A stretch of 36,061 nt of DNA. Origin: a virus. Its lineage: Duplodnaviria > Caudoviricetes. Positions within the stretch are counted from its first letter, which is position 1. Each line of letters begins with the position of its first letter. Under the pieces are notes generated by a model. It was not told where the DNA came from, made no database searches, and was given only the letters and a program-made list of their open reading frames with translations. The stretch covers positions 1 to 36,061 of IMG/VR virus record IMGVR_UViG_3300009183_002303, one strand, 5' to 3'. The position numbers were made by a program, and so were the translations under genes. This document shows positions 27,094 through 35,108 of the stretch, in pieces.

Positions 27094-28055
27094 TATATTT
27101 TCCTTTTGGGTATTTTGCTATCTGCACTACTTACGCACATAGGAGTAATACATATTTTAGGTTCTTTGAATAATTCAAAACCTGTAAGGATATTTCCTAT
27201 ATTATTTTCCTTACAACTGTAAGCACGTTTAACTTCAGTACCTCTTATTATAACACTTTGATAGCCTGCATTGCAACCCCATCCTTGGAACTTATTAAAT
27301 CCTAATGCGTTAAATCTTTCTGCTTGATCGATGTAGTAATCTTTCTCTCCATCATTAAGTCTAATTTGAAAAACTTCTCGTTGTTCATATTCGTCCTGCA
27401 TAATTTTAATCATTTCAGGAGTGTATCCTTCTACAATAGCAGTAGCAGTATCATTGCTTTGTGGTTTGAGTGTTACATTAATCCCACGTTTGCGTAATCG
27501 TTCACAACGTTCTAGTGTTTCAAAAAACTTGGCTGGAACCATTACTTGATTGACAGTAACGTGTACTAGTTCGTACATTAACTGTAGACACTTGTCGCCA
27601 AACTCTTGCTCCTTGGCAAACTCATCATGAAAGCTGGCTGTAATACTTCTACGTTGTAACATCTCAGTGTTCTTACACCAAGTGTTCCACCATTTACTAC
27701 CAGGCGACAAATTAGTAGTCATGTGTATACTCTGGTAAGTACTTTCAAGTTCGTCTAGGTATTTTACCAATTCGGGTAATTGTTTATATGCTGTAGGTTC
27801 GCCACCACTAAAGCTCCAATGAAATCTATCAAAACCATTAGCTCGTGCCTGACGCTTAATTTCATCTATTGCAGACTTGTACACATCTAAAGTTTGGTAA
27901 TCTAATTTGTCGCTTCGGGCATATGGCCAACAATAGCTACAGTTATAGTTACAAAATCTACCCAGTATCCAACTTACGTTAAATAGTTTGGTATCCAACA
28001 TGGTTTGTTGTCCAAATTGGACTATATTTTGGAAAGGAATTTGGCTAAAGTTCAT
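27093..28055 (-). CDS. radical SAM protein, paralogue of 18524-19420
   Basis: CNYNCSYC; SGGEPT; TTNL; ASFH; CNAG...SC...GN...C....C. Confidence 0.85.
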   Translation of the reverse strand: MNFSQIPFQNIVQFGQQTMLDTKLFNVSWILGRFCNYNCSYCWPYARSDKLDYQTLDVYKSAIDEIKRQARANGFDRFHWSFSGGEPTAYKQLPELVKYLDELESTYQSIHMTTNLSPGSKWWNTWCKNTEMLQRRSITASFHDEFAKEQEFGDKCLQLMYELVHVTVNQVMVPAKFFETLERCERLRKRGINVTLKPQSNDTATAIVEGYTPEMIKIMQDEYEQREVFQIRLNDGEKDYYIDQAERFNALGFNKFQGWGCNAGYQSVIIRGTEVKRAYSCKENNIGNILTGFELFKEPKICITPMCVSSADSKIPKRKI

Positions 28056-28096
28056 ACTGGCAGTATTTAATGTTTACAGTATGAGCTCAAAAATAA

Positions 28097-28125
28097 TTGA
28101 CATGCTAGCCAAAAGACAGTATACT
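28097..28125 (+). promoter_or_regulatory. sigma70 promoter of the tRNA-like RNA
   Basis: TTGACA(28097-28102), 17-nt spacer, TATACT(28120-28125). Confidence 0.85.
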
Positions 28126-28131
28126 TACATT

Positions 28132-28249
28132 GTAGACGTGAGTGGAACATGGTATACCTCCTCCTAGTAAGCTGACCCCCAGCTGAACGGAGGGACAGGG
28201 CTTGTGACTTAGTCATGCTTTGCAGGTTCGAATCCTGCCGTCTACACCA
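28132..28249 (+). ncRNA. 118-nt tRNA-like RNA with non-canonical (sarcin-ricin-loop-like) anticodon arm
   Basis: Acceptor stem GTAGACG/CGTCTAC + A + CCA; T arm GCAGG-TTCGAAT-CCTGC; D-loop GGAA...TGGTA; long variable arm; no 7-nt anticodon loop. Confidence 0.8.
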
Positions 28250-28278
28250 TTTTTAACACAGGCACAGAAAGGCATTTT

Positions 28279-28581
28279 ATGAAAAAAGTATTTTTAATCT
28301 TAGCGTTGATTTCTAATGTGGCAACTGCCCAGACTATAGGTATGATTTATCCTAGTAAGAATTTGATTACTAGTACTACAATTACTTGGAAATTTTCAGA
28401 CAACGTACCTGAAGCATGTAATGCCGAAAGAAAACGTTGGGGCGAACCTGCTTATCAAGTACCTAGTAGAGCTTGTGCCTTTTGGACTAAAGATACTTGT
28501 TTAATTATTACGGCACGTGAGACACTGCCAGAATCACTAGCACATGAAGTATTACATTGTTTCCAAGGTAAATGGCATTAA
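28279..28581 (+). CDS. small exported protein with HExxH motif
   Basis: Signal-peptide-like MKKVFLILALISNVATA; LAHEVLHC. Confidence 0.6.
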   Translation: MKKVFLILALISNVATAQTIGMIYPSKNLITSTTITWKFSDNVPEACNAERKRWGEPAYQVPSRACAFWTKDTCLIITARETLPESLAHEVLHCFQGKWH

Positions 28582-29120
28582 TGAAAAACGTAGCATCAAG
28601 TCCTGAACGACACACTTTCCAAAAGGAAGGCGCAATCCAACGGGCAGAAGAAGCGGGCGAAGAGCCCAATCAAGCCTACATTGACATGTGGGATCAAATC
28701 AAGATTGACGACGCCAACAAGATCCACGATCCAGCCTGGCAACGGAACAATATGGAGTATGATCTCCGTAGTAGTAAAGAACTGTGCGACAAAGTCAAAG
28801 CCAGCGATGCTTATGCTCAGAATTTGTATGCGGCTATGTGTAATATGACTTGGCAAAGTCGTGAGTTTTGGCAAGAGCTAAAAGGCGAAGTATGGAGTGC
28901 TAGTTGGCGCCATAGCGGTGGCATTGTTGCTGACATGCGTGAACAAGGTGACTACATTGATTGGTACTGTAGCGGTATTGGTAACGATGACTTGGGATAC
29001 GGATTAGATTCTAGACCAGCAACTGGCTATGTTCCAGAAGGGCAAGTAACAGAAGAAATTGAATTGGATTTGAATCGATTAGGTTGGCGGCCAGTTCCTT
29101 GGAATGATGATGAAGATTGA
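28581..29120 (+). CDS. hypothetical phage protein
   Basis: TAATG-coupled start; YAQNLYAAMCN...SWR.SGGIVA...DYIDWYCSG. Confidence 0.65.
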   Translation: MKNVASSPERHTFQKEGAIQRAEEAGEEPNQAYIDMWDQIKIDDANKIHDPAWQRNNMEYDLRSSKELCDKVKASDAYAQNLYAAMCNMTWQSREFWQELKGEVWSASWRHSGGIVADMREQGDYIDWYCSGIGNDDLGYGLDSRPATGYVPEGQVTEEIELDLNRLGWRPVPWNDDED

Positions 29121-29709
29121 TTTAGAACACTTACACTATTGGATGCAAGCCATTAGGCAAAGTCCAGATCCTATGCGAACCATGGATGCTTTTTGGTCTG
29201 GACAACTTAACAGCAAATCATGGCTCATACAAGCCCTGAGTATGCAATATTCAGTTAAAGATGATCCAGTCAGTATAGAAATACACGGCGGCTGGGTAGG
29301 TGTGTTGGCTAGCATGTTGTTTCAAAGTAAGATTCCTATCAAACGCATTTATAGTCTTGACATCGATCCCACCTGTGAGCCTATTGCTACCATGATGAAC
29401 AAGGGCGAAGAGATGCAAGGCAGGTTTCAGGCTAGTACCGGCGACATGTGCAATCTAATATCATTTGTTGATGTAGTGATCAATACCAGTTGCGAACATA
29501 TAACACAAGAACAATATGAAACATGGTTAAGCAAGCGCCAAGATAATCAGTTGTTAGTGTTGCAAAGTAATAATTATAATATAGACGAACATATTAGAAT
29601 TGCCAAGTCAGTTGACGAATTTGCAGAACAGTGTAAAATTAAAGTTAAATGGAGTGGAGAATTACAATTGCCGCTATACAAACGATTTATGATAATTGGA
29701 ACCAAATGA
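29104..29709 (+). CDS. class I SAM-dependent methyltransferase-like protein
   Basis: IHGGWVG (motif I), SLDIDP, DVVINTSCEH, LQSNN. Confidence 0.65.
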   Translation: MMMKIDLEHLHYWMQAIRQSPDPMRTMDAFWSGQLNSKSWLIQALSMQYSVKDDPVSIEIHGGWVGVLASMLFQSKIPIKRIYSLDIDPTCEPIATMMNKGEEMQGRFQASTGDMCNLISFVDVVINTSCEHITQEQYETWLSKRQDNQLLVLQSNNYNIDEHIRIAKSVDEFAEQCKIKVKWSGELQLPLYKRFMIIGTK

Positions 29710-29876
29710 CAACATTAACATTTACAGTTGAAGAACTTTTTGAAGATATTCCCGGGGATCCGGATAATGTTATTTTAAAACTTCCTCCAGAAATTTGCGA
29801 AGCACAAGGATGGGTAGAAGGTACTACTCTCAACATTCAAGTAGAAGATGGAAAAATGATTATTAGCAAAGTATGA
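29706..29876 (+). CDS. AbrB/MazE-like small DNA-binding protein
   Basis: ILKLPPEICEAQGWVEGTTLNIQVEDGKMII swapped-hairpin pattern; ATGA-coupled start. Confidence 0.65.
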   Translation: MTTLTFTVEELFEDIPGDPDNVILKLPPEICEAQGWVEGTTLNIQVEDGKMIISKV

Positions 29877-30091
29877 GTAAGGACGATTTACTGGAACTGA
29901 CTGGACAAGTCACTGAAGTATTACCGGGTAATATGTATAGGGTACAGCTAGATGATAACCAGCATATTATCCTAGCCTACTTGGGCGGCAGGCTAAAACA
30001 ACATAAAATTAAAATTATTTTGGGCGATAAGGTCCGGGTGGAAATAAGCACTTACGACTTATCAAAAGGTCGTGTAACATATAGGTTATAA
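29873..30091 (+). CDS. infA: translation initiation factor IF-1
   Basis: 72 aa, MSKDDLLELTGQVTEVLP...YRV.L...H.ILAYLGG...IKIILGDKVRVEISTYDLSKGRVTYR. Confidence 0.93.
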   Translation: MSKDDLLELTGQVTEVLPGNMYRVQLDDNQHIILAYLGGRLKQHKIKIILGDKVRVEISTYDLSKGRVTYRL

Positions 30092-30092
30092 C

Positions 30093-30761
30093 ATGAATAC
30101 AGTAATGGAAACGGTATCTTCTGTTTGCAATCAAGTTAGACATAACAGCAAACACGGTGTAAGTTTTCAAAATCTGTTGACCATGCTACGCAGAGAATTT
30201 CGAGAGCGCGGATTTAATCTCAAAATAAAATCTGATAGAGACAAGCATCTTGGAACAGAGGAATTTTACGTCAATGCGTACTATGACTCGGATGACGATC
30301 AAAACAATGAAATCCCCATTGAAGTTGTTGTACATCACAATTTTGAGAAATCTGCTGTTTGGGACAAAAAGCATACCACAGAATTTTTAATACAAATATT
30401 TGATGCTACTGTACATGAATACAAACATCAAAGACAGAGTATCAAACGTAAACATCATGTGTACACTCAGAATGTCAAATCACCATACAAAGAATATCTA
30501 GCCGAAGACGATGAACTCGATGCTTATGCACTTAGCATTGCTATTGAACTTTGCCGCACATTGGGAAAATTTAGAGCATTGCGTTACATGCATCGAATCT
30601 CAGCTCTTGCCAAATTAAAATTTAACGGTAGATATGTTAGCCCAAACCTAGCGGCTTATTTTGGACAGTTTGAATCAATAGACAATCCTTTGCTCAAAAA
30701 GTTATCCAAAAAGGTATATGTACGACTACAGAAGATTGACACAGATGCAGTTTTCGTATAA
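30093..30761 (+). CDS. hypothetical protein with zincin-like HExxH...E motif
   Basis: VHEYKHQRQ...DELDAYA. Confidence 0.55.
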   Translation: MNTVMETVSSVCNQVRHNSKHGVSFQNLLTMLRREFRERGFNLKIKSDRDKHLGTEEFYVNAYYDSDDDQNNEIPIEVVVHHNFEKSAVWDKKHTTEFLIQIFDATVHEYKHQRQSIKRKHHVYTQNVKSPYKEYLAEDDELDAYALSIAIELCRTLGKFRALRYMHRISALAKLKFNGRYVSPNLAAYFGQFESIDNPLLKKLSKKVYVRLQKIDTDAVFV

Positions 30762-30764
30762 AAT
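30736..30764 (+). promoter_or_regulatory. sigma70 promoter
   Basis: TTGACA(30736-30741), 17-nt spacer, TAAAAT(30759-30764). Confidence 0.7.
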
Positions 30765-30791
30765 ACTTGCATATTAACTAAGAAAGACATT

Positions 30792-31376
30792 GTGGCATAC
30801 TACACTATCAAAGAACTTAACCAGTTTAGTCATAGGATAGCAAGGGAGATTGCTCTTGAACAAGGAATAAAACGCAAGCCGCATCCTAGTTACAGTGATT
30901 TGGATCATCCAGAGTGTGAAACGCACGGATGTTCAAATCCCAAACAAGTATCAAATTGGCACTGGACTAGCGGTGAGCCTGTTTATCGACCTGTATGCCA
31001 ATTGTGTCACGATGTCAATACTGCTAAAAGATACGCTGAAAAAACAGGTGCATCGTGGGTACAGAATGTACAAGATGTTTGTGCCCATAAAGAAGGTTTT
31101 AATTCTGCTACTGAATGGTTAAACAGCAAACACCCGTATAGGCAATATCGTAAAGACTATTGTGAAAATATAGACGGACGATTAGGATTTGTATGTACTA
31201 CAACTATAGTTTGGGATGGTATGTTAGATGTGGATCATATTGACGAAGATCCGTCCAATAATAATCCAAAGAATCTACAAACCTTGTGTTCCTGTTGTCA
31301 CAAATACAAAAGCAATATATTTGTTAAAGAAAACGGAAGAACTCCTGGACGTAAAACTTTAGGCATAAAATACTAG
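30792..31376 (+). CDS. HNH endonuclease
   Basis: DVDHIDEDPSNNNPKNLQTLCSCCHKYK. Confidence 0.8.
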   Translation: MAYYTIKELNQFSHRIAREIALEQGIKRKPHPSYSDLDHPECETHGCSNPKQVSNWHWTSGEPVYRPVCQLCHDVNTAKRYAEKTGASWVQNVQDVCAHKEGFNSATEWLNSKHPYRQYRKDYCENIDGRLGFVCTTTIVWDGMLDVDHIDEDPSNNNPKNLQTLCSCCHKYKSNIFVKENGRTPGRKTLGIKY

Positions 31377-31384
31377 GAAGAAAA

Positions 31385-32071
31385 ATGAAAGAATTTCCTA
31401 CCCAACAAGTTCTAGAATTAGCTTGTGCGGCACAACGGGTCAACGGTGCTTATATTAAAGAGTCCGCACCAGTATATTCGGAAGACGGTGCGTTCATGTA
31501 TCTCAAACAGACCAACAAGATGATGATGCTCTGCACACTGGATCATCGACATTGGACTGCGGATCCAAAAGATGCACCAATGCCTCTTAAAGTATTGCCA
31601 GAAGACATAGCACAAGCAGAAGAGATCCGCAAGTACTTTCGTAAATTCTTGTTTAGTGCTATTGAAGGTGAAAATGATTTTCAAACTAATATAAACACAA
31701 TCCTATCAAGCGATACAGTCAAACAAAATCAATTTGGTTATGTAGCTTGTTTGCCCAGCGTTCATATTAGAGATGTTGCTCAAACCAAAGTTAAGAAGGC
31801 CGCACGAGCAGTTGAAGAAGGATGTTTAGCAGAAATTGGTAGTACAGTTAAAGATTTGGATGCGGAAATAATCTCCTCAGTTAAGTCAAAAAACTTTGAA
31901 GGCTGGAATATAGATGCTATAATAAACAACAAGATGGTGTCTTGGATGAACAAAACGGATCTTAAATTAGGGCCTGCTGTAATAGTTAAAGCCAAAGTTA
32001 AAGATTGTAATAAGCATTGGAAACATCAAAACGATGTTACTAGATTACACTATGTAAAGGCGGCGCAGTAA
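31385..32071 (+). CDS. hypothetical protein (possible C-terminal OB fold)
   Basis: Long ORF with AGGA RBS; IVKAKVK..H....VTRLHYVK ending. Confidence 0.6.
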   Translation: MKEFPTQQVLELACAAQRVNGAYIKESAPVYSEDGAFMYLKQTNKMMMLCTLDHRHWTADPKDAPMPLKVLPEDIAQAEEIRKYFRKFLFSAIEGENDFQTNINTILSSDTVKQNQFGYVACLPSVHIRDVAQTKVKKAARAVEEGCLAEIGSTVKDLDAEIISSVKSKNFEGWNIDAIINNKMVSWMNKTDLKLGPAVIVKAKVKDCNKHWKHQNDVTRLHYVKAAQ

Positions 32072-32292
32072 TGTATAAAACTATCTACACAGAAGTTGAA
32101 GTGGATGTTAATTTGAGTGACTTTGAAACAGATGATCTAATTGAAGAATTAGAGTCACGTGGGTCGGGTGTTATGGACTATGGTGATGGTAAGGAAGTAT
32201 TACAGTCAATTTTTGAAAAGCGCAGGCTTGGACAAGACTATCAAACAGAATTGGAAACTTTAATCTATTTGGGATTGGGACGGATCATATGA
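32071..32292 (+). CDS. hypothetical protein
   Basis: TAATG-coupled ORF; EVEVDVNLSDFETDDLIEELESRG. Confidence 0.65.
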   Translation: MYKTIYTEVEVDVNLSDFETDDLIEELESRGSGVMDYGDGKEVLQSIFEKRRLGQDYQTELETLIYLGLGRII

Positions 32293-32645
32293 GTGGTTGG
32301 AACACAATTCAAAGGATCAAGCGTATCGAAGAAGAAATCGACAAGCTGGGCTTTAAGTTTGCCAAAAGTAAGCACACTGATTGGTCGGAAGATCACGGGG
32401 CCTTAAGTCTTTTACCAAAAGATCACGAAGCACTACCAATTTACAATCGTGATGCTGAACTGTTTGTTGGCAGTTTAGAACGATTGGAAGATTGGATAAA
32501 TGGTGTGCGTTGGGCACGTGAATACGATCGTATGCTTAAGATCAGCGACGATGACAAACGTGCTAAAGCAGAACAGAAAGAAAAGAATCGTATTCTAATG
32601 CGTATGATTAAAGAAGGCAAACAAGTAGAAGGAATAGAGAAATGA
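32289..32645 (+). CDS. hypothetical protein
   Basis: ATGA-coupled ORF in the operon. Confidence 0.65.
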   Translation: MSGWNTIQRIKRIEEEIDKLGFKFAKSKHTDWSEDHGALSLLPKDHEALPIYNRDAELFVGSLERLEDWINGVRWAREYDRMLKISDDDKRAKAEQKEKNRILMRMIKEGKQVEGIEK

Positions 32646-32860
32646 CATACTCTTGGATTTTAATTGTTGCTATGTATAGTCCTGCCGGAGACTTTATGAG
32701 TAAAGATACTCTACAATTTAATAGCCGAAAAGACTGCGAGGCAGTACGTGTACAGCTACCAAACTTAGATCATCCAATGAAGGTGCGTCATAAAGGGTTA
32801 TGCGTAACACGAGATCATTGGGAAGGTAAGAAACAAATGCCCGGTGTGGCATACGACTAG
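32642..32860 (+). CDS. hypothetical protein
   Basis: ATGA-coupled ORF; WILIVAM...F.S..DC...C. Confidence 0.6.
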   Translation: MTYSWILIVAMYSPAGDFMSKDTLQFNSRKDCEAVRVQLPNLDHPMKVRHKGLCVTRDHWEGKKQMPGVAYD

Positions 32861-32868
32861 GAAAATAT

Positions 32869-33483
32869 ATGAAACAAGAACTAGATAAGTTGTTGTGCGA
32901 GCGGTATCCAAAGATGATGGTTAATCGCAACAAGAACATGCAAGAAACTTGCATGTGTTGGGGATTTGAATGTGGCGATGGCTGGTTCAATATCCTAGAT
33001 CAGCTGATGGGCAGTATTCAGCATCATATCGATTGGAAAGAGAAACAGCGTAAGTGGGCAATTGAATATAACGAAATGGCCACTCAGGCAAAAGCTGGTA
33101 ACTTTGATTTGTTTGAAGAAACTACAAAAGCTCAACCCAATGACGAATACAAAGAAAAGCGACTGGCGGAAATTGTTGCTGGAGACTTTAGAGAAGTGCC
33201 CGAATCTATTCCGCAGGTAACACTGGATCAAGTCAAAGAAAAGTTTGGCACACTGAGATTTTATTACTCAGGTGGAGATGACTACATCAGCGGTATGGTG
33301 TCGTTGGCAGAAAGCCTAACAGGCGTCACTTGCGAAAGCTGTGGCAATGTTGGAGAGCGCCGTGGCGGCGGATGGGTGCATACATACTGCACACCATGTG
33401 AAGAAGCACGTGAAATCAAACGTGCTAAAGAGACGGAAGAATGGGAACAACGTAAACTACTTAAAGAAGGATTTGAAGAATAA
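32869..33483 (+). CDS. hypothetical phage protein with C-terminal zinc ribbon
   Basis: CGDGW...QVKEKFGTLRFYY...TCESCG...TYCTPC. Confidence 0.7.
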   Translation: MKQELDKLLCERYPKMMVNRNKNMQETCMCWGFECGDGWFNILDQLMGSIQHHIDWKEKQRKWAIEYNEMATQAKAGNFDLFEETTKAQPNDEYKEKRLAEIVAGDFREVPESIPQVTLDQVKEKFGTLRFYYSGGDDYISGMVSLAESLTGVTCESCGNVGERRGGGWVHTYCTPCEEAREIKRAKETEEWEQRKLLKEGFEE

Positions 33484-33656
33484 TGGAAAAATTTATGGAA
33501 TGGTTTGGTCGTAACCGTATAACGATCGGATATACTATTGGTGGAATAAACGTGTTGAACGGAGTTACGAGTGTGGCTCTTGGAGACACATTAGGCGGCG
33601 TATTTTTTATTGTGTTAGGTTCAGCAATTATTTTTGATTCAAAGGTGTTCAAATGA
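33483..33656 (+). CDS. small membrane protein (57 aa, not in the ORF track)
   Basis: MEKFMEWFGRNRITIGYTIGGINVLNG...GGVFFIVLGSAIIFDSKVFK; coupled to genes on both sides. Confidence 0.6.
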   Translation: MEKFMEWFGRNRITIGYTIGGINVLNGVTSVALGDTLGGVFFIVLGSAIIFDSKVFK

Positions 33657-34270
33657 TTACAATGAAAGAATGGATGGAATTGGTCGACTATAAAATCACC
33701 GAAGGCGGCGATTATGGTTGGGGTTGTTACGGACCAAATGCCTATACACTGGATTCATGGAATGGTGTTCATGGCGTGGGTGGATATAGTTTTAGTATTG
33801 TGTTCAGTACCAAGAGCCAAAAAGTATACGAAGTCAGTATGTGCGACTATACTAACGACCGTGCTTATCGAATGATTAACCCAAAGAATCAGGAAAAGCA
33901 TGCCAACGAAGCATTAGCTCGCGATGTTAATTTGAACGAAGCATGGGATGATGTTGACTATGTTGATTTGGACGTGGTAGACGACTTTATCCAAAAAGCA
34001 CTTGCCATTCGGGCTGGTGAGGCCTATGATACCCGTGTGCAAGTAGAGGTTGACTTTTCGGATGAAGAACTGTTACAATATATGAAACTAGCGCACGAGC
34101 GTGATATGACTTTTAACGAGCTTGTTGAAGAAGCATTACGTCATGCTATTAGTGAATACGAAGCTGGACGTCTTACTAGAGAAGATGCTCAGAAATGGAA
34201 ATTGGAAAGTCAAGGAAAACCTTGGCCATTTGCGGAAGAAGAAAGCGATGAAGATAAAGCTAGTCAGTGA
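33653..34270 (+). CDS. hypothetical protein with possible C-terminal ribbon-helix-helix
   Basis: VQVEVDFSDEELLQYMKLAHERDMTFNELVEEALR. Confidence 0.6.
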   Translation: MITMKEWMELVDYKITEGGDYGWGCYGPNAYTLDSWNGVHGVGGYSFSIVFSTKSQKVYEVSMCDYTNDRAYRMINPKNQEKHANEALARDVNLNEAWDDVDYVDLDVVDDFIQKALAIRAGEAYDTRVQVEVDFSDEELLQYMKLAHERDMTFNELVEEALRHAISEYEAGRLTREDAQKWKLESQGKPWPFAEEESDEDKASQ

Positions 34271-35108
34271 CCTTCACTTAGAGTTCAGTGATGTCAATAT
34301 TGTTAATGATCAGGACTATGATGTTTTGATCCTTGGTGGTGATATTTGTATCGCCCAGGATCTCCACGACCATCCTGAGCCTGCCAATACTGCGGACCAG
34401 TTAGCGATTGCTAACGGCACTGGATTAGGTCGTAGACAAATGACAGCACAGCGTTTTAGAGATTTCTTTAAGCGTTGTAGTTTTCAGTTCCCTCATGTAA
34501 TTTACATTATGGGTAATCACGAATTCTACAATGGCAAGTTCTATGCGGCTATCGATTACATGCGTGACGAGTGCGCCAAATACCCTAATGTGTATATGTT
34601 AGAGCAAGACACTAAGATTATTGACGATGTTGTGTTTGTCGGTGGAACACTTTGGACAGATATGAACAAGCGTGATCCGCTTACTATGCATGCCATTGAA
34701 GGTATGATGAACGACTTTCGTATCATTCGTAACGACAAGCGAAACTATGCCACTATGAGTGCGTTGGATGTTGCTATTCGTCACGATAAGACTCTGGGCT
34801 ACATCAAACAGATTGTTCAGGAACACAAGGACAAGAAGTGTGTTGTAGTAGGTCATCACAGTCCTAGTTTTCAAAGTGCTCATCCAATGTACGCACACGA
34901 AACTTTGATGAATGGTGGCTACCACAGTGACTTGAGTGAGTTCATTTTGGATCACCCACAGATCAAACTGTGGACACACGGTCATACTCATCATCCTTTT
35001 GATTATACAATTGGTGAGACTAGAGTTGTGTGTAACCCACGTGGTTACGAAAACGATGGTTACAGCGAGAACAGTGGCTGGAACCCAAATATTTTATTGG
35101 AGGTTTAA
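34248..35108 (+). CDS. metallophosphoesterase
   Basis: VSDLHLEF, GGDI, GNHE, GHHSP, HGHTH, NPRGY; start set at MKIKLVSD (34248). Confidence 0.88.
   Translation: MKIKLVSDLHLEFSDVNIVNDQDYDVLILGGDICIAQDLHDHPEPANTADQLAIANGTGLGRRQMTAQRFRDFFKRCSFQFPHVIYIMGNHEFYNGKFYAAIDYMRDECAKYPNVYMLEQDTKIIDDVVFVGGTLWTDMNKRDPLTMHAIEGMMNDFRIIRNDKRNYATMSALDVAIRHDKTLGYIKQIVQEHKDKKCVVVGHHSPSFQSAHPMYAHETLMNGGYHSDLSEFILDHPQIKLWTHGHTHHPFDYTIGETRVVCNPRGYENDGYSENSGWNPNILLEV

Noticed and set aside
4030-28055. Classical RiPP cluster with a precursor peptide
   Set aside because: Intergenic gaps are under about 50 nt, and no short precursor ORF, peptidase or transporter is visible.
28132-28249. Ordinary tRNA (Tyr-GTA, Thr-AGT or Leu-TAG), intron-containing tRNA, tRNA-Sec or tmRNA
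   Set aside because: No register gives a 7-nt loop closed directly by the stem. The 17-19 nt extra is too short for a group I intron and shows no clear bulge-helix-bulge. There is no TCA anticodon or extended acceptor stem, and no tag ORF. Splicing is not fully excluded.
6192-34247. Longer starts in the track (6192, 10487, 16507, 18467, 29649, 34122)
   Set aside because: Paralogue N-termini, ATGA coupling, motif position or promoter position support the downstream ATGs.
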